Below, piece after piece: positions 36,133-44,871 of a stretch of DNA of 64,000 nucleotides. The notes under the pieces are model-generated. The model saw nothing but the letters and a program-made list of their open reading frames with translations. It was not told where the DNA came from and did not search any database. The stretch lies in assembly GCF_964204645.1 (NCBI RefSeq), contig NC_134028.1, positions 13,377,263 through 13,441,262 on the forward strand, read 5' to 3'. How positions within the stretch are numbered: position 1 is the first letter of the stretch; every line of letters begins with the position of its first letter. This stretch comes from Tubulanus polymorphus. Taxonomy: Eukaryota; Animalia; Nemertea. Position numbers and translations under genes: made by a program.

Positions 36133-37209
36133 TTATTCTTTTAATTTTACTAGATAAAATCCATTCATTAAATTTATCATCATATCCTTTATATTTCGCC
36201 AAAGAATACTTTTTTCCTTTAAGAGTTTTAGTTTTCAATACCTTTTCTATTTTGTATTCTATTTCATCTGGATTTGGTACTAATGATAATTCTTGTTCAT
36301 AAAAATAACCTAATATTTCTTCATCTTTTAAATCAAACAATTTATAAACAAATGGTTTAGTTAATATTATCTTTTTAATTTTAAATATTTCTTCTGTAAA
36401 ATTAGGGGTATACCTTTATAAAATGTTTTTCTATATTTAGAAATTCTAACATGTTGTCCTATTTTAAATTTAGGTTCTCCAAAATCATGTGTAACAAATG
36501 CTCCATATAAGTTATTCCAAACTATTTCTGAATTTTCCTCTTTTCTAGCTTGTATAGGTTTCATATTTATAGAACTATGTTTAGAATTATTATAACCTTT
36601 CACTAAATCATCTAACACATCGATATATTTATATGTTTCATTAGCGGTGAAATATTTCCACATTCTAGTTTTCAATGTTTTATTAAATCTTTCTATAACA
36701 GATGCTTTTTTATCTGAATGTGTTGAAAAATATTCTACATCGTTATCAGTTAATAGTTTTTTAAAATGTTTGTTATAAAATTCTTTACCTTCATCAAATT
36801 GTATTTTATCTGGGATAGCTTCTTTAAATATTAATTTGAAAGAATTTGTTACTTCTATACCAGTTTTATTTTTAATCGGGATACTCCATGCGTATCTACT
36901 GAATATATCTATAACATTTAGTATCCAAAAATATCCTTTGTTATATTCTTCTAAGTTTTTCATATCAATTAAATCAGCTTGCCATTGTTGGTTAATATAT
37001 GAAACCATAACTTTTCTTGTTAAATATTTTTTATCCATCTTTTTATGAATTTGATATGTGGGTTGATTTTGTAACCATGATTTTAATTCACTATATTTTA
37101 TATTGCTATTATCAGATTTAATTTTATTCCATAATTCTGAAACGTTAGAAAATGATACTTCACTTTCTGGGTTGTAATATAACGCTCTTAAATATTGTTC
37201 TTTTTTCAT
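36125..37209 (-). pseudogene. Retroviral-type (rve) integrase with C-terminal chromodomain, frameshift near 36410
   Basis: WQADLID, IDIFSRYAW, QFDEGKEF, KASVIERFNKTLK, YNNSKHSSI; then YKIEKVL..KYKGYDDKFNEWI. Confidence 0.93.
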
Positions 37210-37215
37210 CTTATT

Positions 37216-37606
37216 TTAATCCATTAATAATAATCTTGGTTTATTTTCAATGACTTTATGATTTGACTTATTTTCTGGTATGATAGGTTTACTGTCTGTA
37301 CACGGATAACTAAGTTTCCGATTGTCATTGGAATCAACTTTATCGTAAGATTTGAATTTTGATTTATATATTACACCGGATAATATAATAACTGTTACTA
37401 ATCCAATTGTAATATATAATTTATAATTACTTCCAGCATTAGAAGAATTAGATGGATTATTGCCGTATGGCATCATCGGGTGATTCATTTATATCAGTTA
37501 ATTTCTTTTTCTTAGCTTTTTTTAATTCTGAAGATCTTTTACCTAATTCTCTTGCCCATTTAATTTGTTTCTCGGATCTAGCCTTTTTCTTAACGCCATC
37601 ACTCAT
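37216..37606 (-). pseudogene. Probable single gene (basic N-terminus + TM helix) split by a frameshift near 37470
   Basis: TAAATG at 37606 gives MSDGVKKKARSEKQIKWARELGKRSSELKKAKKKK, overlapping ORF 37216-37488 with TM LYITIGLVTVIILSGVIY. Confidence 0.55.
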
Positions 37607-38201
37607 TTATTTTAGTTAATTTTTGTTCTGATTCATTTTCTGTTTCACTGTTTGGTTGTAGTACATCTGTTTCGTTCTTACCTGATTTATATTCCATAGG
37701 TTTGATGTTCGAAAATGTAATGACACCAGTAGAAATCAATGTCATAACCGATCCTAATTGAAATGAAGCATATCCAACCCATTTTTGTAATTCAGTCATA
37801 ACTAAATAGTCATTTTTCAAATCACTATATAATTTATTTTCATCATCAATTGGTATTAACTGGTTACATAATTTTGAATAACATTTGACAATACCATCTG
37901 AAATAGAATCATTTATTCTAGCTAATCTTGACTCTTCATAAATCTTAAAATATTTTATTACTTTTTCTTTATTCATATTATCTAATTCTTGAAAAGTTAT
38001 TGTTTTACCAATAAACTCTTTAGTTTTTCCACTCGCAATCAATAGTTCTAGATGATGCTTACAATATAAATAGTATTCATAATCTATATTGTTATTAACT
38101 TGAATAGAATTAGAAACAACTGTATCTTTATTATCACTAATACCCAAATCATCTAATGTCTTTTCAATATCAATATTATTCTTATTAGATTTCTTTGACA
38201 T
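37599..38201 (-). CDS. Hypothetical Polinton protein (200 aa)
   Basis: Intact ORF with TAAATG start inside the element. Confidence 0.7.
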   Translation of the reverse strand: MSKKSNKNNIDIEKTLDDLGISDNKDTVVSNSIQVNNNIDYEYYLYCKHHLELLIASGKTKEFIGKTITFQELDNMNKEKVIKYFKIYEESRLARINDSISDGIVKCYSKLCNQLIPIDDENKLYSDLKNDYLVMTELQKWVGYASFQLGSVMTLISTGVITFSNIKPMEYKSGKNETDVLQPNSETENESEQKLTKINE

Positions 38202-38510
38202 TTATATTAGAGGAAAAAAGCAAAAAAAAATATTATAAGTATTCTTCAAATGATACTAGCTAGTTAAAGCTAAAGAATTCTAGTATTAGTTATTGTTTTT
38301 TTAGTATTTTTTATTTGTGATATAAAGTATTCTTTTTTGAAAAGAAAATATTAAAAATATAATAGAATTCACAAGCTAGTTGAAGGTATGTAATTTTTAT
38401 TATATTTTATTTAAATTCTATTTGATATCTCATTACTTTTGTCTATCACTGTGTGGGTGCTGTTTATGGCGCCATCTATTAGGAGCAGTAGTTATAACTG
38501 TCCAGATAAG

Positions 38511-39185
38511 TCATTTCGGATCCTTGATATCAAATTCCTCAACGTATCGTTCATTATTTGGATTATTATTCCATTGATCAATAAATTTTTTTACTTTTTC
38601 CAGTTGATTCAAATATAACTGTAAATCTATTTTATTAGATTTGATTTGATTTTCTTTCTTTTCTAAAGGTCTTAAATTTTTCCAATTCCAAATAAGTTTT
38701 TTATTGTATTCATCGTTCATGTTAAATTTAGATATTGGTAACACGTGATCAATATGGTAATAATCCCCATAATTATCTATATTCATTTTATCATCGAATT
38801 GAAATATAATCCATGATTTGAGAAATTCATCTGAACAACCCAATAAATTAGATAATGTTTCTGAATGTGTTTCTTTGTTGAATAATTGTGTTAATCTAGA
38901 CCGTAAACATTGTTTCAATCTAAAATTAAGATCTGTTTGATATCTTTCTCTCATATATTCTGTCATATAATCATTATAAGATTCTCTATTATCTTCTCGA
39001 TATTGTTTGGTATATAGTTTAATGCAAGTTTTACAGTAATATTGAAAACCATCTTTGCTAATCTTACGCTTACTTAATTCTGTTAATGATTTATCTAATT
39101 CACATTTAGAACACTTTTTGTAATATATGTTTATAACGCCAGTGTTATTTGTAATATTGATAGTTTGTGGTTGTTCTGGTTCCAT
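38511..39185 (-). CDS. HNH-type endonuclease with N-terminal CxxC..CxxC finger, resembling giant-virus HNH families
   Basis: CSKC..KDG...CKTC; LLGCS; NYGDYYHIDHVLP; WKNLRPL..EN..KSNK. Confidence 0.8.
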   Translation of the reverse strand: MEPEQPQTINITNNTGVINIYYKKCSKCELDKSLTELSKRKISKDGFQYYCKTCIKLYTKQYREDNRESYNDYMTEYMRERYQTDLNFRLKQCLRSRLTQLFNKETHSETLSNLLGCSDEFLKSWIIFQFDDKMNIDNYGDYYHIDHVLPISKFNMNDEYNKKLIWNWKNLRPLEKKENQIKSNKIDLQLYLNQLEKVKKFIDQWNNNPNNERYVEEFDIKDPK

Positions 39186-40625
39186 TTATTATACGTATTT
39201 TTTACTAAATTGGTTAATAATTTATAATCCTCTTCTATTTCTTCGACTAACGTTATCCTTTTTCATTCCTCGCTGCTTTTGATAAGTTTTTTCGATTCCT
39301 TGATATCTAAATCATACAAGCGGCCGGCCATTTATGGCCGGTTTTGCTTAATGCGCATGCGTTAAACATAATTATAAATTCATTCTATAAATTCTGTAAA
39401 ATAGAAACAACACATGCGTTACATGTGTCACATGCGGCCATTTATGGCCGGTTTTGCTTAATGCGCATGTGTTAAACATAATAGAAACGACTGAACATAA
39501 AAATTCACAAATCAGATTTACACAATACATTATACAAGTTGTTCAGTCATTTCTTCTAATACATCATTTGATTTCTATAAATACAATTTATAATTACAAA
39601 CATTTTTTCAATTGCTGGTAAATATTTAACTACATCAACAAATGTTAAACTTAATCATTGGAGTCTCAATGTTTTTGAAATTCTTATATTTCTTCTTCGA
39701 TCTTTTGGTGATTCTACGCCAGTTTCTATTGGTTTGATATCCATTGCTGTTGATTCCTCAGTCAGAAAGAGTATCTTGAGTTTCTCTATCGCTTCTTGAT
39801 GCGTATGACTTTTTATTAATCTAAAAGATATTAGCGGTAACTCTAGCTATCTAAAAGATATACTAAATACACTTAAATATATCTAAAGGTTTCATATTTA
39901 ATAGCCTTAATAACTACAACAAACAGTACTTACATTTAGATTTATAATTGTAAACTATAAACTCCTAATTTCGTTTCGAAAGATAGAATATCCTGAGCAC
40001 AATGTTACAGCATATGTCCATTTCCGGGGTGATTTCTAGAATGAACACGTCGTTGATTAGCCACGTCATCTAGTTCCAGTTATAGAATATTCTACACGTT
40101 TCTGATTATGACGTGTCATAATGTCTCGTCGTTATAGTAACAACTGTAACAGCTGTGAATTTATAGATTTATTCTATAGCTCTGTTAAGCGTCTGATGTG
40201 CGCGCCTATTTATACTATTCTATGCACAGAAACATCTAGAACAAGTGTGTTGAGACTTGCGAATTATGAGACTTTTGATTGGTTAGAGCTTAGTTGTCCA
40301 GAAACATCTAAAAAGCGCGTTGAGACTTGTAAATTATGAGATTTGTGATTCGCTAACGTCCGCCGTATGATGTATAATACACAACACGTTGAGACTTGTA
40401 AATATAGTTGAAAAAAAATCAATAATAAAGGCATTTAGATCAATGAAATTAATTAACTCTTTACAATTGAAATATAAGCTGGTAACATATGTTTACTAGA
40501 GCTAATACAACCAACTATATAGCTGAGTATTATCAGGCGTTTATAACGATTCAACATATTTTTCACTATGTGTTGAGTTCCTTAATTCGATAAATGTCTT
40601 TGCTTTAACCAACTGGACTAAAAAC

Positions 40626-41021
40626 AAATGTGTTCTAGTTTTATTGTGTCTTGCTTTTTGGGATTTATCTATATCGATATTACATGTTGGGCAGTAGTAC
40701 TTATTTGCTTCCATTTTAATACTATATTTTTTATTAAAATTGATTTTAGAAGTTCAATGATTTAAATGTTATTCATATATATATGAATATTTTAAGAGTA
40801 ATAGGGATAATGGGCTTTCAAGCTAAAGGTTGAACGGGCGGGTGAGTAAAAATGAAAAAACATAAAAATAATTACAATTTCTACTTGAATTAGGAGTGAA
40901 ACTCATAAAATGAAAAATAAATTCGAGCGTGTGAGAATTTATTTTTCATTTTTATGAGTTTTGCGAGTAATTCAAGTAGAAATTGTAATTATTTTTATGT
41001 TTTTTCATTTTTTACGAGCTC
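40626..41021 (-). repeat. Right TIR, outer ~43 bp missing; hairpin 40797-41021
   Basis: Inverted match to 23305-23700; ends at ...tttacgagctc, where Gypsy sequence resumes. Confidence 0.93.
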
Positions 41022-43327
41022 CACCAGTTAGAGGCGTCACAGTCCAAAATGAACTCTCCAGCGCCCTCCGAGAAATCTGGGAATGCCAGGATAGGGGAGC
41101 TGGTCAGCTTTTCTTTCAGTCCGTCAAACGCTAGTTGTTGCTTGGATGTCCAGACGAATGGTTCATTTTTCCTCGTAAGGCGGTGTAGCGGGGCTGTCAA
41201 GTCGGCGAAGCCCTTGATGAACTGCGAGTAATATGTCACAAGACCAAGGAAACTACGCAGTTCGGTAACTGACGTTGGGGTCGGCCAATCCCTGACTCTA
41301 TCGCATTTGGCACCGTCGGTTTCGACACCGGCCTCGCTTACTACATGCCCCAAAAACTTGAGGCGCCGCTGGAAAAGCGAGCATTTCCTCGGTTTTAGCT
41401 TGAGACCAGCTTTCTGAAAGCAACGAAATACCTCTTGTAATCGCGTCAGATGGGTTGGTAGATCATGACTAAACACCACTACATCATCCAGGTAGATAAG
41501 GCATGTTTTCCATGCAACATCATCCAGTACCATTGCCATCAGTCTGCTGAATGACGCCGGGGCATTACAGACTCCAAACGGCATGACATTCCACTCAAAT
41601 AGATGGTTTTCAGTCGTGAATGCGGTTTTATGTTTGTCTGATTCCTTTATTGGGACCTGCCAGTATCCGCTGGTTAAATCGAGGGACGAGAACCAGGTTG
41701 CGCCCGATAAAGCCTCTAGGGTACTGTCTATTCGACCTAATGGGTGAGCGTCTTTGACTGTTGCGTCATTGAGTCGGCGGTAATCGCAGCATAGACGCAG
41801 GGAACCATCGGCCTTTTTCGCTAGAACTATTGGGCTTGACCACGGGCTGGTGGATGGCCGGATCAAGTCGTGTTCTAAAAGCTCCTTGGTCGTCCCCTCA
41901 ACAAAAGCTCTCCTACCGGGGGGTAGCCGACGGGGATGTTGTTTTATCGGTGGGTGGTCACCGGTGTCAATCTCGAATTCAAGCGAATCTGTTCGACCAA
42001 TGTCAATGTCTCCCATCGAGAATACTGACTTGTGCTCCCGTGTGATGTCAACAAGCTGTGTTTTCATGTCAGTGGGGATTTCAAGCTGGTCGATTTTTAA
42101 TTCTCTCAAGAGGTCCATGAATTCAGTATTGTCACCACCCTGCAGCTGGATTTTTGGAGTTGACGGGTTTTGAGCATGGTCGTCGACAGTCATGATGTCA
42201 ACTGACTGTAGGGGGCAGAATAGACCAATAGTCTGGCCCCTGTCGACTCTACAAGCCTCATCCGAGAAGTTAGCCAGCCGAACCGGTATCTGGTTTGCCT
42301 CCGGTACCACCAGTGTTTCCCCAGTGCAAAAATTATTCCGTCCACAGCTGCTGATCATCCCTGAGGTCGAATTATTATGAGCATAACTCCGTTTCATGTA
42401 TCCATTTACCACCACCTCGGATCCAGCTGGAATGATTTGGCTCTTACTGATGAACACCCTGCAAGCGCTCGCGCGTTTGGGGCTCTGGCGGACAGGCACC
42501 TCGCTGAGGCTTCCGAAGCAGAGCACTTTGATACGGTAATCTATGTTGCAGCCATATTTCTCGAAGAAATCACTTCCAAGCAAGCAGTCTTGTGCCAAAT
42601 CCTCGCTGACGATCATGGGGACATGAAATTCTTTAGTTCCAACTCTCAGACATACATCAGCTAATCCACGTAACTCCATTGGCTGACCGGTAGCCGTTGT
42701 CACGATTCCTTCGATTGGCCTCAGTGCAGCGGCTTCACCAGTCGGGCTACTAGAGTCCCATACCGAACCTCTAATGATTGTGCAGGAGGCACCAGTGTCC
42801 AGGAGTACCACTGCTTTCGAATGGTCATTTACTACGGCATCACAGAAAAGGCCCGAGGCGTGGAGCCTCACTGTTCCGATATGTGTAACTAAGCTCGTCT
42901 GGGCTGGTTCTGTCCCTGTTGTTTGAACCTTGGTGTCGCGCAACTTGTGACCACTGTTTTCCGTAGCCGGACTGGGAGCCTCACTGTTCTCCGAAGGGTC
43001 ACGTCGATTTTCTTCTATACTTTGGGTATGTTGTGGTGGTCTAACAGTGATGGTTCTAGTAGGATGCGGACCATCAGCAGGTGTATCTCCACTAGAATCA
43101 CATGCCGGGCCAGCAACCACATATCCATCTTGAGGTGTCGTTTGAATATGGTTTGATGGTCTCGATATCATTTGAATATGGTTTGATGGTCTCACGGTGG
43201 TGGGGCTAGTATGATGGTAACCATCAATAGGTGCATCTCTACTTGCATCGCACGTTAGACCATTTGCCATATTCATCCGATTTTTCCTACGTCTTGCGGG
43301 GGGTATATACAGCGGTACAGGGGGGGA
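41022..43327 (-). pseudogene. pol: Gypsy pol 5' part: protease, RT and start of RNase H
   Basis: LLDTGAS; PWSSP; LDLTSGYWQ; MPFG; YLDD; FLGH; ILDCDASN, then the junction. Confidence 0.96.
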
Positions 43328-44440
43328 CTATTTCCTGATGGGGTTTCCACAGCCCCCCTGAAAACCCCGCTTCTCGTTTCCCTGGTTTCCCTTAGGTAGG
43401 TGGCAGTTACTTGAATAGTGACCACTCCCCCCGCAATTATAGCATTTAACTTGTGGGCACAAGTTTTTGGGGTGGTCTGCATCCCTGCAACGCCAACATT
43501 TGTCATCGGCGGGCGGTCGACGATTGCCATTACCAGAGACAACTGCTTCCAAATGGCCTACTCGAGTCATCAGCGTTCCCATCATCGATTTCAATTCGTC
43601 GAGTTGTTTGGTTATGGCTGAGCTAGTCGAGTCGAGCTGGGTCTGGTTAACGGATACTTTTTGTTTATGAGTCGTGCCCTCAGTCAACCGTCTCGCTGTT
43701 TCCAGAGTCCGTGCTTGAGCGACTGCTGCAGCCAACGAACTTGGCTGGGCAGCATACATTGACTGCTTCGCTGAGACGGGTAGGCTATTACCTTTAAGGA
43801 ATTGGTCTTTGGCCAATTCATCCTGCAGCTCGAAGGCAATGCCAGGGTATGCGTTCCTTGCCAGTTCTGCTAACTCGTCGGCATAGCGTTCCACAGATTC
43901 AGTTGTCTTTTGGTCCCTCCCTTTCAACAACATCTTAAAGTCATCCACAGTCTTTGTTTGTTGGAAACGGGATGATAGCCGCCGACAGAAATCATCATAC
44001 GACAGGCTCGAGTCGGGACGTAGGTTCGAGACAGCCTGGTATGCCTCATGGTCAAGTCGCATCATCAGGTGTGATTTACGCTGTTCGCCCCCGTTGATGC
44101 GAGAACTAATCTGAGCCAGGTCAGCGAACGCGTCAAACCTTTCGAGCCAAACGCGGAAATTGTGTCCCATGGTATAGGGCTTCGGTGCCGGAATATTGTG
44201 CATTTTCGGGGTGGGTGCATCTCTCGTCACGACCCTCTCCATCACTTCAGTCAGTCGCTGGAGGATGGAATCCTCAGATGTTTTCAAATTTTCAGCTTTT
44301 GTCTTCGTTGGACGGCCACGTTTTGGTTTTAACGAGAGGTTACCCTCCCCACTAACCAGGAGGTCATGATGTGCAGCTCCGGCCGTTGGTGACATAGGCC
44401 TAGATAAGGGCTCACACACATCATTCTCAACATCCGACAT
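43328..44440 (-). CDS. gag: Gypsy Gag with two zinc knuckles
   Basis: Likely start MSDVEND at 44440; Q..ESV..YA..L..LA..AYP; CWRCRDADHPKNLC and CYNCGGSGHYSSNC. Confidence 0.92.
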   Translation of the reverse strand: MSDVENDVCEPLSRPMSPTAGAAHHDLLVSGEGNLSLKPKRGRPTKTKAENLKTSEDSILQRLTEVMERVVTRDAPTPKMHNIPAPKPYTMGHNFRVWLERFDAFADLAQISSRINGGEQRKSHLMMRLDHEAYQAVSNLRPDSSLSYDDFCRRLSSRFQQTKTVDDFKMLLKGRDQKTTESVERYADELAELARNAYPGIAFELQDELAKDQFLKGNSLPVSAKQSMYAAQPSSLAAAVAQARTLETARRLTEGTTHKQKVSVNQTQLDSTSSAITKQLDELKSMMGTLMTRVGHLEAVVSGNGNRRPPADDKCWRCRDADHPKNLCPQVKCYNCGGSGHYSSNCHLPKGNQGNEKRGFQGGCGNPIRK

Positions 44441-44660
44441 AATTACTATTCTTTTATATAAATGACACAGAAAATACAGGACCGCAAATAAATGTAGGGG
44501 AAACAGGCACTTAAATAATACTAAATATGTACTAGGAATTACGAAGTAGGTAAAAAAATACGTTAAGTACACACAAAAAGTAACCGTAATTTACACAGAC
44601 TAAACGGAGAAAAACGTGTTCACCGCTTCAACTCAATTTCAACTGGTTTTTTCACAATCA

Positions 44661-44681
44661 AATCCCACTACGCTGCCACCA
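44661..44681 (-). other. Primer-binding site, tRNA-Leu-like
   Basis: Minus-strand TGGTGGCAGCG two bases after the 5' LTR, complementary to a ...CGCUGCCACCA tRNA 3' end. Confidence 0.75.
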
Positions 44682-44683
44682 GA

Positions 44684-44871
44684 TGTAACGATTCTATTCT
44701 GCCTGTTCCACAGTAGAAGTTTCCTCCAAATATCGACTGAGAGCCCAAAAACCAGTAAAAAGGCGGACAAAAGATATTAACACAATCACCTATTGTTCTG
44801 TATTTTCGAGAGAGAGGGCAGCACCCTCCAGTTACAACATAGAAAACGACTGATGGACATATTCCATCACA
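44684..44871 (-). repeat. Gypsy 5' LTR
   Basis: Matches 20212-20403 apart from a few small indels/substitutions. Confidence 0.95.

Larger units (their letters stand above)
23262..41021 (+). mobile_element. Polinton/Maverick (adintovirus-like endogenous virus), copy 1, nearly full length
   Basis: 5'-AGT terminus, ~440-bp TIRs, pPolB, penton-like and hexon-like capsid genes, packaging ATPase, retroviral-type integrase; abrupt shift to very AT-rich sequence. Confidence 0.96.
20212..44871 (-). mobile_element. Gypsy/Ty3 LTR retrotransposon (~6.9 kb net) interrupted by Polinton 1
   Basis: Two ~190-bp TG..CA LTRs, 4-bp TSD CCGC (20208-20211, 44872-44875), PBS, PPT, and gag-PR-RT-RH-INT order. Confidence 0.97.

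Noticed and set aside
23262-41021. Bacterial prophage or contaminant contig
   Set aside because: The gene set is Polinton-type, and it is integrated within a eukaryotic LTR element with continuous flanks.
44661-44681. tRNA gene
   Set aside because: Only the 3'-terminal ~20 nt including CCA are present; this is the PBS.
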